From NCBI RefSeq assembly GCF_009914755.1, contig NC_060944.1: a stretch of DNA of 64,000 nt; one strand, written 5' to 3'. Both the position numbers and the translations under genes were made by a program. This document shows, one piece after another, positions 1 to 23,676 of this stretch (position 1 is the first letter of the stretch; the number at the start of each line of letters is the position of its first letter). This DNA comes from the human T2T-CHM13v2.0 reference genome, Homo sapiens. Under the pieces are notes generated by a model. It did no database searches, was not told the DNA's origin, and saw nothing but the letters and a program-made list of their open reading frames with translations.

Positions 1-830
1 TGCTTTGATGTTGGAGGAAGGGGCTGTGATGACGGAGGAAGGGGGTGCCTCTCAAGGCAAGGAAAAGGTTTCTCCCCTGGAGCCTTCCCGAGGAATGCAG
101 CCCTGCCCAAACCTTGATTTCTAGACCTTTGACCTCCAGGATCAGAAGATAATAATCTGGTGTTCTTTTTTTTGTTGTTTTTGAGACGGAGTCTCACTCT
201 GTTGCCCAGGCTGGAGTGTAGTGGCACAATCTCAGCTCACTGCAACCTCCTCCTCCCTACTTCAAGCGATTCTCCCTGCCTTAGCCTCCCAAGTAGTTGG
301 GATTACAGGTGCCCACCACCACACCCAGCTGATTTTTTATATTTTTAGTGGAGACGGGGTTTCACCATGTTGGCCAGGTTGGTCTTGAACTCCTGACCTC
401 AAGCGATCTGCCCGCCTTGGCCTCCCAAAGTGCTGGGAACAGGTATGAGCCACCCTGCCCAGCCTGGTGTTTTTTTTTTTTTTTTGAGACGGAGTCTCGC
501 TCTGTCGCCCAGGCTGGAGTGCAGTGGCGCTATCTCGGCTCACTGCAAACTCCCCCTCCTGGGTTCACGCCATTCTCCCGCCTCAGCCTCCTGAGTAGCT
601 GGGACTACAGGCACCCGCCACCACGCCTGGCTAATTTTTTTTTTTTATTTTTAGTAGAGACGGGGTTTCACCGTGTTAGCCAGGATGGTCTCCATCTCCT
701 GACCTCGTAATCAGCCTGCCTCGGCCTCCCAAATTGCTGGGATTACAGGCATGAGCCACCGTGCCCTTGGCCTGGTGTTCTTTTAAGCCACTAAATTTGT
801 AGTGATTTGTTACAGAAGCAACAGGAACAC
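1..830 (+). mobile_element. MLT1-type MaLR LTR 3' part (1-165, 773-830) interrupted by two minus-strand Alus (about 170-465 and 470-772)
   Basis: MLT1-like motifs (tctcccctggagcctt..gcagccctgcc..accttgattt; taagccactaaattt..gatttgttaca..gca..agga) split by the Alus, with CTGGTGTT duplicated at the junctions. Confidence 0.75.
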
Positions 831-870
831 ACTGGGGAAGCAGGAGAGGCCATTTAAGAAACATGGATGA

Positions 871-3247
<2,377 letters not shown>

Positions 3248-3761
3248 TCAGCTCTCCCTACCCGTCTTTCCCCAAAGAAAATGGAAAGGAAGGGACTGGG
3301 AAGTGGGGTCTCGTATTCCTCCCTCCTCATGCTGCCACTGGGAGGAGGGAGTGTCCACTCTGCTCCCGTCAGAGGGACACCTCTGGCTTCTGTCCGAGCA
3401 CCCCTCACCACACCCTCGCTGGGGCTGGGAGGAAGGGGGATCTGATTTTGTGCCTGTGAAAGGAACAAACATGGGGTTCTCTCTCTTCACTCCTGCCTGC
3501 CCAGATGGGGAGGACTGCTCTGCTCTTCCAATGGTCAGCCTGGTAGGATGGCTCCCTGTGAGGAAGGGGGTACGACTGGGGTTGCCAGCGCCCCCTGAGG
3601 CTGGATGGATTTAACTCAGAGTCAGGGTTAGGGAGCCCTGCCCTCCAGGCCAGTTCTCACAAGCTCGAGAGGTTTTCCTGCCCATCGGTTTGACTCCTGG
3701 GGCTGCAGAGAACAGTCACTTTGCCAGCCCCCCACCCCCACCTCCACCCTCATAGACTCAC

Positions 3762-3930
3762 CACCCCACCAGCATACCACGTGGACAGAACCAGAGTGGA
3801 GAGGAGGAAGTGGAACAGTAAATGATCACACCAGTTAAAAAAATGAGGAAGTGAAGGATCCACGCGCTGTTTCAGGCAGCCGGTGAAGGAAGCATGAAGG
3901 AAAGATCACTCAGGAAGTGCAAGCCGGTAG
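3762..3930 (-). promoter_or_regulatory. Candidate alternative non-coding first exon / internal promoter of SOGA1 with an ETS (PU.1-type) motif cluster
   Basis: Consensus minus-strand donor GTG|GTGAGT (plus ACTCAC 3756-3761); GAGGAAGTG at 3804 and 3845, CAGGAAGTG at 3911, CACGTG at 3778, all in unique sequence. The upstream boundary is a guess. Confidence 0.5.
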
Positions 3931-4254
3931 GCTAGGCCAGCCTCCAGATGGATCTGTGTTCAAATCCTAGCCATGCCGGTTACCAGCACCTCACTTATTA
4001 TCTCTAGAAAGTTAAAATGACAGGATATGGTGATGGAAAGAATAGGAGGGTCTAAGTGGACCCCAAGCTCAGGTTGAACCAAGGGGAAATGCACACAACC
4101 CTATGATGCTGGGCTACATTAACAAATGCATGACATTTAGATCATGGGAGGTAACATCTCTTACACAAGATCACACCCAGAGCACTAGAGTCATTTTTGG
4201 AAATCATTTTTTTTAACTTTTAAATGACTGATTTTCTTATTTATAAAACAGGCC

Positions 4255-8457
<4,203 letters not shown>

Positions 8458-9029
8458 TGAGAGAGGGAGAGCCTGGGCAGATCAGAACTGGTCGCAGATC
8501 CCTATGCCACCCAAGGAGGGTAGGCAGGGTCTGTCTACGTAGGGAACCTCCTGCTCACCCACCCACTCCCTGCCCACAAGGTGCATCTCTGTCCACCCCC
8601 TGCCAAACCATGAGCTCAGCCTGCAGGAAGCAGCCTCTCAAAGGCAAACCTGCTCCCCTCGATGGACTGATTCCCAAGAATCCTGGGAGAATTGTCCAGG
8701 AAGAGCCTCTTGGTCCCGGCTGGGCCGGACAGCCAAACATGAGCTCACACTACTGCTAATAATAGCAAGATCTTGCACAGCAGCAGAGGGCTTCACAGTT
8801 TACAAAGACATTCCATCTGAATCATCTCACAGATCCTCACTGAACCCCCCACTCCCAGTAAGGAAAGACAGGAACCATCATCCATGTTCTACAGATGAAG
8901 AACTTCAGAGAAGCACAGGGAAGGTGGGTGGTGCCCAAGCACACGCAAACGGGCAGGGGGAGGGGGTGAGACCTCCAAGCAGGACTCAAAGTCCAACCAC
9001 CAACTTCAAGATCTTTCCTTGGAACCAGA

Positions 9030-13420
<4,391 letters not shown>

Positions 13421-14008
13421 TCACCGTGCCACACGATGTCCCCACTCCAGACAACACAGAGGCTGCCTGGCCCTGGAGACTCACCACGTCCTGCTCCTCT
13501 GGTTGGGAATAATGAGGGAAGACTGGGGCCTGGACCCGCCTCTCCAATGCCAAGAAATGAGATGCTCCCTGTGCACCCCTGATCCCCGCCAGGGAGTGCA
13601 CATTCTCTCACTGCAGCCCGAGCAATCCCCGATGGGAGAGGAACCTCACAGAGGTCAAGTATGTTGCCCAGGGTCACACACTAAGTGGCACAGCCAGGAT
13701 TCAGGTCCAGTTGGAGCTCCTATAAGCTGGACTAGACAGTCTTATAATGAACAATGGTGACGATAACAATAGCTAACATTGACAAGCGTTTAATGCGTTC
13801 CAGACACCGGACTGAGACAGAAAAGCCATTATCTCTTGCTCAGTGATGATCCTTAGAGGCAGGCACTATTATTATTTTATCCCCATTTCACAGACAAGCA
13901 AACGGAGGCCCAGGAAGATGAGGTCTACGCAGCCAGTCAGGAGTGAGCCTCCCAGATCCGTCTGGTACAGTTCTGCACAAGAGACACTACAGATGCTCTA
14001 TCAGGGAG

Positions 14009-14009
<1 letters not shown>

Positions 14010-14051
<42 letters not shown>
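14010..14051. repeat. (GT)n microsatellite
   Basis: Read directly; about 20 units. Confidence 0.92.
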
Positions 14052-14052
<1 letters not shown>

Positions 14053-17000
14053 TGGTTGTTGTTGGTAAGAGACCACTGCCCACCAAGGCCACATCTGGCT
14101 TGTCACTGTTGTCACTCTCCCATTCAAGGCCTTACCTGGCAGAGCAGGGAGATATCCACAGGCCCTACGGCCTCTGGGGCATTCGTGTCAGGAAGCGCCT
14201 GACAGTTTCCTCCCATCCTTTCCATGTGAACAGGAAGGAAGGCAGCATCTGGACCTGGATGTGTTTAAAACATCCCCCAAACACCCTCTGGGTTGCAGCG
14301 AAATCTCAAAAACTCAGAGCAGGGGTCTGAGGTCTTTAGGGATAGAAGGCAAAGCTCCAAAGAGAGTGGCCCAAGGCCACAAAGCCTGAAGCTCCAGGAC
14401 ACCCCAGCACTTCACACCCCTGCCATTCCCCCTGCCTGGCATCCTGGAGAGAAGCACAAGACCCCAGTCTTGCCTCTTGCCACTTACAGGCTGCATGACC
14501 TCTAACAAGCCCCTTAACCTCTCTGGGCCTTAGTTTCTCCCTTTGTAAAAGGAAGGAGCTAATTACCCTGGAAGGTCCCTGCCCTCATGCAGGGAAAGGT
14601 GGGGCAGTGATGGCATGAAACCTATCATTACCCCATTAATAATCTAATCAACATCGTGGTAAATGCCCCAAAGGAAGCTCCAGGGAGCTCCAAGGTGTCT
14701 GACACAGGAGCCTGACCTGGGGAGCTGCTGCTGGGGCTGAGCGCTCAAAGGTGGAGGAAGAAACCAAGGGAAGGAGCCGGGAACTGCAAGCACAAAGGCC
14801 GGATGGGAAGAGCAAGAGCACGGGACAGAGGCCGGGGTGTGTCCAGCACCCGCAGAGCTTGGGCGGGGCAGGGGTGGGTGAGGCTGTGGGAGGCAGGACC
14901 ACACAGGCTGCTCCACCATGGGGTAGGGTCAAGGAGAGGCGGGGAGGGGAGAGGCTGGTGCAACTGACTCGAGCCCAGAAGACCCAAAGCAGGCCTGGGC
15001 CCCAACCAGAGTAAAGATGTTCAGCTGATCCAGCCTAGCTAGGGAACCCCAGAATTTTTTTCATAGAGGCTGAGCTTTTCCTTGTGGCTCAGGCAGTGAG
15101 AGATGATTCACCTCCATTTGAGAATGAGGGGCCGCCAAAGGTGTCCTTCCATTAGCAAATGTGTATCACCAGTTACTAAGCTGGAGGCACTAGCCTGGGC
15201 CATTCAGGGAAGAGTGACACGACGCCGTGGGGGAGGGAAGGGGGGACACAGACAGGGATATACGTTTGGGGGTGCCCAAAATGCAGTGCAGCTCTGTGCA
15301 TAACACTCAGACTGATGCCCCAAGCCAACACCCACAGAGGGACACCCAGAGCCAAGCACAGCCCCTGTCATCAAGGACCCAGCTTAACCTGGGGTCACGG
15401 GGGTCACACCAGAGCCAGATATAACAGGCAAGCGCCAAGTGCTGTCGGGTCCTTCCCAGGAGCCAGACCTGGCTAATGGGACCCACACCTGCACACTTTC
15501 TCTTACGGAACCCTCACGGCAACGTGCGGGGCAAGGACATCCACATCCCCATTCTACAGATGACGAGACCGAGGCTCAGAAAGGGAAAGCTCAGAAAGGA
15601 AAAGGCAGAGCTGGGATTCCAGCCCAGTCAGCTTGGCTCCAGATCACAGTGCTCTCTCCCAACCACCCTGGACCTCGGAGAACAAAGGGCTGGCCTGCTG
15701 CTTCCACCTGCTCTGACCCCTGCTGTGCCTCACTACCGCAAAGCAGGTAGATGCAGTGCTGACTGAGGCCTCCAGTGATGCCAGGGTCAGCCTGGCATGG
15801 AGCACCCCAGCTCCAAGTTCCTTCCGGCACCAAGGGGAGTGAACGTGACCATGGATGAGGTCATGCATGTGGGGACTAGGGGAATGACCTCAGTGAAAAC
15901 CTTGGCTGCTGGGCAGGCCCTTGCTTGAACTTAGCTGCGCCCCTTTCCTAGGGGACTCTCTCTGCCCCGGAGGCTATGCAAGACACGGGGCCTCCTCCCC
16001 TCCTCTGTGCCAGGATGGTGCTAGGTGCACAGAACATCTGAGCTGTCAGCCTCCCAAGTGCCCCACTAGAAAGGATCACATCCCCATTTTACAGGAGGAA
16101 GACGGAGTCTTGGTGAGGGGTTTGCACAGGGACAGCATGCACACGGAGGAGGTGACACAGTGAGGTTTGGCTCCAGACTTGACTCCAGAGGTGGAGTTGG
16201 CCCCTAGACCACACAGCCTGGCTCTCCTCCCTCCCCAGGCCTCTCCGGCAGGGCAGGCCTCAGGCCCAGGGCTGCAGACACATAAAAGGAGGTGGCTGCA
16301 GCTTTGCTGCAACAAGACCACTCCCAGCAAGGTGCTCCCTTGGCTTGGCATTCAATGCCCTTCCCAAGCCAGCCCAACGCCCCTTCCCAGACTCTCCCCA
16401 TCCCTGCCAGCTCCCACCACTCCCTCCAGCTTTTCCGTTTCAAGCCTGTGGTCCACCTCCAGGCCCTGCCTACTGCCTTTCACTTAATTGTACACATATT
16501 TATTGAGCCCCTACAACATGGCAGGCACTGTTCTAAGAGCTGGGCACAGAGACAGCCACTTGAGGCTAACTCCCCAGCTCCAAGGACACCTCCTCCTCCA
16601 GGAAGTCTGCCAAGTCCCTCCTCTGAGCTCCCATAGCTCCTCTAGCCACCTCTACCCTTGCCTCCATCATTCCCCAGCCAGAATGGGGCACCCTTTATAG
16701 ATGGGAGTGGCATGGCCCTCTGCAGCCCCCAGCAAGGGAACAGGGGGAGAAGGGGGAGATAGGGCCAGCAGGAAATTCCAAGGAGATTAGAAGGGAGTTG
16801 CCCCCGGGCAGTGTTTCTTCTGTGGGCAGCTCGACAATCGGTCCACTTCACTCAGCCCCACTGGCCCTGGGCCCAGGAGCTGGGCATCAGGGACCTGGGG
16901 GACTTCGGTGTAGCTTCTTCTGACTTCAAGACCTACCACCCCCATCCACCCACCACCCAGGACCCCAAGACCCCCAGCTCCAGAAGGTTACAAAGTCAAG

Positions 17001-17145
17001 GCCCTGGCCACACTCCTTAGTGTTCCCAGCAGCCTTGTAGAAGTAAGTCTAGTGAGCCACTGAAAACAGTAGTAGTTTGTACACATTAGCTCCAGGGAGA
17101 CACAGACCAGGATTTCCTGTTTCTGTGTGTGGATGAAATGTCACA

Positions 17146-17870
17146 GCGTGTGTGTGTGTGTGTGTGCGTGCGCGCACGTGTGTGCGTGTGTCTAGGTTCC
17201 CTGGTTTGAGAGCCTCTGGCTCCTGTGGGCAAATGCTACATGCCTAATGTTTGCATGCCAGACTGTGCTGTGTCCCTGCTGATGTGCATGTGGGAGTCCC
17301 CTTGGTGGGTGTCTGTAAGCCTCGGGTAGGTGTGCAAGTCTCTGCTGCTCTCTTTGTAGAAGAGGCAGGGGAGGTACCCGGGTGGTGAGCTTGTGCCTGG
17401 GCCAGCCTGGCAAGGGTAGATGTGCAGACTTCTGTGGATGCTAGTGTGTGTGTATAACGTCTGTGTGGGTTTGTGTCTCCGCCTACATGTGTACTTCTGA
17501 TAAGTCTGAGTGTGTCTGCAGGATGTCAGTCTGTCTCTGGGACATATCCGGGTGTGTCTAGGGGTGTAAGATGTGTATATGAGAATGTGTTTCTGACGTG
17601 GGGGTTGCAGCAGGGTCTGAGCCTCCGTTGTGTCTGTTTGGTGATGTGTGCGTGTGATAGAATGGGAGTTGTGTGGCTGCATGGGTTTGTGCACTTCTCT
17701 GAGTGAGTATCCTCTCTAATCTGTCTGGAGGCGTGCTTCTGAAAGCATCCAACACCAGCGAGTCACTGGATGGGTCTGTGAGATGTGTGCAAGTGGCTGT
17801 GTGTCTCTGAGCTTGAGCTGTGAACAGTATATGTGCATTTGTATGTGCAAGACAGAGTATGCCCAGGGAC
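17146..17870. repeat. (TG)n/(CG)n alternating tract (17146-17191) followed by degenerate TG-rich low-complexity sequence
   Basis: Read directly. Confidence 0.65.
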
Positions 17871-18576
17871 ACAGGCTCAGCCCCAAGGAGGCTGCGGCTG
17901 GGACTCAGGGTAAGGAGCAGCCAAGAGCTTTGCTGACTGTGGTGACCTCCTCTCCTCCACCCAGTGACAGACTAGAGTCCTCCCCCTGTAGCTCCTGGGA
18001 GCCAAGAAGAGAAGAGCTACATGCAGAAGCCTACTACGTGGCCACTGGGTCCAGACACCCAGCACAGGGCCTGGTACCCAGGAGCCACTGGGGAAATATG
18101 TGTTGAATGAATGAATGAATGCCTGGAGGAACGGATAAGGGATCGGCAATGACTGGGACACACTAACACTCACTGTGCACTCCATCTGCGTCCTCACATT
18201 GAAAAGGGTCCTCACGGCCCTGGGCGGGCGTGCTTGTCCCCCATGTTACAGAAGGAACAATCTCACACACATGCACACACAAACATCCTCCACTAACCCC
18301 CACCTCCCCCAGGCTCCGGGCCCCCAGCATGCCTTAGCCTAGAGCCTGGCCCATGACAGGATTCCTCTCACCAAATGTGTCTCAGCCTAGACACGCTAGT
18401 TAACAACCAAAAGCTCACTGCTCTGGTCACACTGCAGAAAGAACAGGCCCAGAGTTAGACAAACCTGGGTTGGAATCCTGGCTATGTAATTTAGAGCCTC
18501 CATTTACTGATCTGTAAAATGGCAAGTGGGGATGGATTAGGTGCTTCCTCCAGGCCCTTCTGAGCTGACATCTAGA

Positions 18577-18615
18577 CTGGCTGCACTTCACTCACATCTA
18601 GAATCACCAAGGAGG

Positions 18616-18663
<48 letters not shown>

Positions 18664-18699
18664 GCTGCACTTCACTCACATCTAGAATCACCAAGGAGG

Positions 18700-18731
<32 letters not shown>

Positions 18732-18770
18732 TGGCTGCACTTCACTCACATCTAGAATCACCAAGGAGGG

Positions 18771-18819
<49 letters not shown>
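18577..18819. repeat. Compound tandem repeat: 3 x [42-44 bp core CTGGCTGCACTTCACTCACATCTAGAATCACCAAGGAGGGAA(AA) + (CA)n], n = 20, 13, 23
   Basis: Cores start at 18577, 18661 and 18731 and are identical apart from the length of the terminal A run. Confidence 0.95.
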
Positions 18820-18821
<2 letters not shown>

Positions 18822-19089
18822 CAGGGAAGGTGATCACACCTTTCCGTTCTCCCTGGGGCAGCTACTGATGTATTAACATTCTAAAACTAAGGAAATCCAC
18901 CCTCCTGCATTCTCCCAGTTCCTCCAAGAATGAAGACACAGACATCCTGTCTGCCTATTGGCTATGAATAATAACAATTCCTCAGGCGACTTGGGTTCAC
19001 TGCTTGCAAAATGTTTTCTTGTCTATTCACACTTCCCTGATTCCTGATGACAATCGTATGAGGTTGTCCAGGCAGGTTCCATCACCTTT

Positions 19090-19459
<370 letters not shown>

Positions 19460-22400
19460 TAAACGGGAGAGTCAGGTTTCAAAGTCAGGTCTTCAGGCTC
19501 CAACTCTCAGATTCCTCCATCCACACCCAGTGGGTTCCTACATGTTCTGGCCACATGGTACGTGCTTAATGGTTAGTGGTGATGAAAGGCTGGAAGACCT
19601 CAGATCACCGGGTCTTTGAAGGTCTCAGGTGACGTGTCTGCTCGGCAGCTAAAGCTGCATCTTAGAATCCTGGCACCTCAGTAGTTAATAACCTTCAGAC
19701 TTCCTTGGCTAGAAGGGACCCAAGGTCAGGCAGCTCAACTGCAGCCACCACATCAATCTCCCTCTGAACCCTTCTCAAGCAATCATTCCACAAACCCTCT
19801 ATCTTTATCCAAGCATGCAAGGTCATCCCGCCTCTCTCTGAATAATTAAAGTGACAGTGAGCTCACTACCTTCTCTGTAGAAGCTCCTTCTATCTTCTCA
19901 CTGGGAGAGAGTTGCCCGATTTATGCTTTCCTCACTTGGACCCCAGAGCAGACCATACCAGACTGGAGATCACAGTCCTTCGCAGTTGACAGTTCCCAGT
20001 GACCCCTACAAGGGGGAGGTAAGCCTGAGCAGGGCCACCCACCAGACCTGGTGGGACCTCCTTCAACTCTGCTCCTGCAGGGGACATACTGGGGATTTGG
20101 AGTCCTTTCCCTTGTACTCAGTTTCTGCATCTTAGAGGCAAAGTAGTCCAGAAAGGCAGAAAACACATCAAGAGTCTAACACATGCTTACTCCAAGCCCT
20201 GGCAGCCTAGCGACCCTGCTCTGGGACCCACTCTGGCCACAGTTTTCCCATCTGTGGAATAAACAACACAACACCTCCAGTAATAACCCCTCTATTTATG
20301 GTCCACATTTAGTCTCTGGATTTTGACCCTGCCTCTGTGAGGCTGGCGGCTGGGATAAACAGATATACAGAGAAGTTAAGGGACTAACCCAAATGTACAC
20401 AGTGAGAAGTGGCATGGGCTGGCCTTGCTCTCCTCTCTTACCCACACTCCTTCCCCTCTCCGGCCTTAGCGCTGTTCTTGAACTCAACGAGCATTCCAAT
20501 TTCCCTTAGCCTGAAATCTTCTTACTCCAGACCCTCACTCAGTTGGCTCCACGGCATCCTGCAGCCCTCAGCCTCCCTGTGCACCCCAGCCCCCACCTTC
20601 GTGTGCTCCTGGCAAACTGTCCCCTTTACCCTCATTATGATCTGTGTTGTGATTTCTTGTATGACTATTGTTTAATTCTGGTCTCCCCAAAAGCTCTATG
20701 AAAACAGACACCTCATCCTCCCTTGTCCACAGCTGTATCCCAGATCTGCCCTAGCACACGGCAGGTTCTAAATAAACAGCTGCCGAATGAACCAATGAGG
20801 GGCCAGGAGAAAGAGCCCAGCCTGCCTTGGGTGATGAAGAGGATCTATTCTGCCCTCACAGAATCCACAAGAGAACAGGCTGGGTGCACATGGAAACGTG
20901 TCCCGTGCCTCTGACAAGAGCAGTGATCAGAGGTTTACTACATACCAGGTGCTCTAATGGTGTTTGCAGGAATCAGCTCATTTAACCGTTGAGGTTGGAA
21001 AGCGTGTTACTGTCCCATTTTTACAAATGAGAAAGCAAAGGTCCAGGGCCTTTAAGTAACTTGCCAAAGATCACGCCGTCAGGAAGCGACAGACCCCAGA
21101 TCCAATAGCAGCACGAAGCCTGAGCCACTGAATGAATGGTGGAAATTACGGTTCCATGTTGGCCCAAACGTGGGATGTCCCCAGCTGGACCCCGGCCCCT
21201 GTGAGATCCCGGGCTCAACCCCCAGCCTCCTGGGACTGTTTTCCCCTTTAAACAGTCATGGGTGCCTCAAACAGACTTTGGGTCAGAGCCTGATGACTTC
21301 CTGGGATGGACAGGGGCCCATGGAGATGGGTGCCTAGGAGCCCTGAAGCAAAGCTCTGCAACCCATCCCCCTTCACCAGAGTGAGTAGCAGGAACCGGGA
21401 GGCAGGGGTGAGGAACTCAGAGTTTCGGTTAAGGCCAATTCAGGCAGCACTCACTGGAAGCAGCTCAGAGCACCAAGAGGGCAGGAGCAAAAGACCCTTG
21501 TCCTGGCTCGTCACCTCCCTCCTCCTCCTCACCTTCCACTTGCCCTCTCCTTACCACCGGCTTCTGAAGACTCAAAGAGCCGACTGAACTCCCAGTTGCC
21601 AACACCGAACCCGGCCCTTGGGAAGACATCCTCCCATTTAACGGATGAGGAGACTGAGGCCTGGCTTGGGGAAAGGTGTCTCTTGATTCAGACAGACCTT
21701 GTCCTTCCATACTACAAGCATTTACAGAACTCAGGCTGGAGAGCAGATCCCGGGGAAAATGGGGAGACAGAGACATAGTTGAGCAAGACACCAACACTCT
21801 AATGAGGGAGAAGACCATTTGGTCAGAAGAGCCACAAGGAAAAGTTAAAACCTAAGTGCTGCAGGGCAGACATAAACCAGCAGCATGCTGTGAGCTCCAC
21901 AGCCAGGGGCACTCTGGGTGTTGTGCCAGGCCATCATCCACTGACAAGAGTCGGCAACATTTCAGCCTCCTCCAAAACCGTGCCCAGCCAGCGGCAGGAG
22001 AGCTCAGGAAGCTTCCAGCCTCCCAGGGAGAGGTCAACACGTGCAAGCTGGGCTGTCCCTAAAGCTGCCATGGCACCTGGAAGCGTGCAGATGGAGCCCG
22101 GCTGGCACCCAGTAGGTGCTCATGTCCACTGAAAAAGCAAAGGCAAAGCCTGCTGTCCGGGGGAAGCCCTAGGGTCCCCACATGGCCACAGGGAAGTCCT
22201 GTTCCAGGTGGGCAGTTGCCCTCCTCTCACTGCGAACATGGAAAGGCACTGGCCACGAGGGGCCAATGGGGCTGTTGTGTGCACAAGGTCTGCCCCAGGG
22301 AGGGCAAAAGACACTGTCCTGGGATTTAGGAAGCTGCCTCTGAACCGGTTCTCCCACGACATCATCCTCCAGGCTGTGGGACCGTTAGGCTGGGCGGAAG

Positions 22401-22954
22401 TGGACTCCAGCCAAGGGGATGTTCCCAGATGTCATGCTTTCAAACTGGACCCGCCCAGAAAGGCAGGCAGAGACAGGCCTGCGCCCGGGAAAGCCCTGGG
22501 TAACGACTCAGGATGGCATTCAGGCCTTTCCTGGGCAGGGGATGGCCACAGGTTTCCCTGGCGGCGGTGTCTATCAATCCCGTCCCAAGAAGGAGAGCCT
22601 GGGCGTGGAGGTTCTGGGCAGCTGAAGGCAGAGATCCATCCCTTCCCTGGCTACCCACCCCCACCTCAGCAACGCCTCCCAGAACGCTCCAAAGCTTTCT
22701 CAAGTCCCCGCTCCCAGGTTAGGGCCCTGTAGCCAGTTCCAAGGTCTTTTTCAGGAGCGCGCTTCCCAAATAAAGTTGAAAGGGGGCGGGGGGAATGAGG
22801 GAGCCCCAGATCCACCTCAGAGTGGTCCCCAGAGGGCTTGGGCCCCTTTCTCCGGATTGTTCAGTGGGAAGGAGGGCCGGCTGGTGCCTCAGGCCCGCGG
22901 GACTGTGACAGCCGGCGACCCCTGCGGCCTCCCTTTCTACCCGGGCGCCCCCAC

Positions 22955-23641
22955 CTTGAGATAGTCGTTCTCCGAGCGCAGCTCCTCCAGCTCCCGCACC
23001 AAGCCGCTGGGCCCGCAGTCCAGCATCTCCTCGGTGAGGTCGGAGAAGGCAAGCGAGGCGCTGAGCGGCAAGCGGCTGCTGCCCACCGACGACGCGGCCA
23101 CCGACGGCTCGTCCGGGGAGGCGGGCGGCCGCGGGGGCTGCTGCGCGGAGGGCGCGGGCTGGGCCGGCTGCCCCGTACGGACCCCCGCCGGGCCCCCGGC
23201 CGCGGACTCGGCGTCGCTGCTCAGCGCCAGCTCCAGGCCCAGCAGGCGCGCCTCCTCCGACGCGCAGTCCGACACCTCCGAGCTGCTATCCGTGAGGCTG
23301 GGGGGCGGCGGTGGCGGTCGCGGCCCCGCACCCGAGCGCGGACGGCCCTTGGCACGGACCCCGGTGCGGACCCCGGCCACCCGCACACCCGCACCGCGCG
23401 CCCCGGGAGCCACTGCGCGCCCCTTCTTGTCCGGCCGTGAGGAGGACGCGGCGCTGCAGGCGACTGCTGAGCCCGGGCCTGGGCCGCGGCGGCCCTTAGC
23501 CAGCGACCAGCCGGCCACGTCTTTGGGCCGGGCCGGCGACGGCGCGCGGTGGCTCTTTTTCCTCTCCGGGGCAGGCGCGGGTGCAGGCGCGGGCTGGGGA
23601 CCGCAGCCCCGGACCGGGGGCTCGGCCGCCGGCGCCTCCAT
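22955..23641 (-). CDS. SOGA1: SOGA1/MTCL2 first coding exon (229 codons, MEAPAAEPPVRGCGPQ...ELEELRSENDYLK); the gene continues off the left edge
   Basis: ATG at 23641 in strong Kozak context (gccgcgATGG); 687 nt, phase 0, ending at donor AAG|GTGGGG (GT at 22954-22953). The peptide is recognisable as the N-terminus of the long SOGA1/MTCL2 isoform and runs into a coiled coil. Confidence 0.95.
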
Positions 23642-23658
23642 CGCGGCCTCCCTCGGCC

Positions 23659-23676
23659 TCAGCGAGCTGCGCGCAT
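23659..23676 (-). other. Short upstream ORF (MRAAR*) in the SOGA1 5' leader
   Basis: ATG CGC GCA GCT CGC TGA on the minus strand, out of frame with the main ORF, stopping 17 nt before the main ATG at 23641. Confidence 0.6.

Noticed and set aside
3584-3603. CTCF site (reverse strand GCCTCAGGGGGCGCTG); also CCACCAGGTGGGCAG near 33428
   Set aside because: Only partial matches to the core motif; not supportable without ChIP data.
18577-18819. CRISPR array
   Set aside because: The spacers are plain (CA)n rather than unique sequences, there are no cas genes, and the context is primate intronic DNA.
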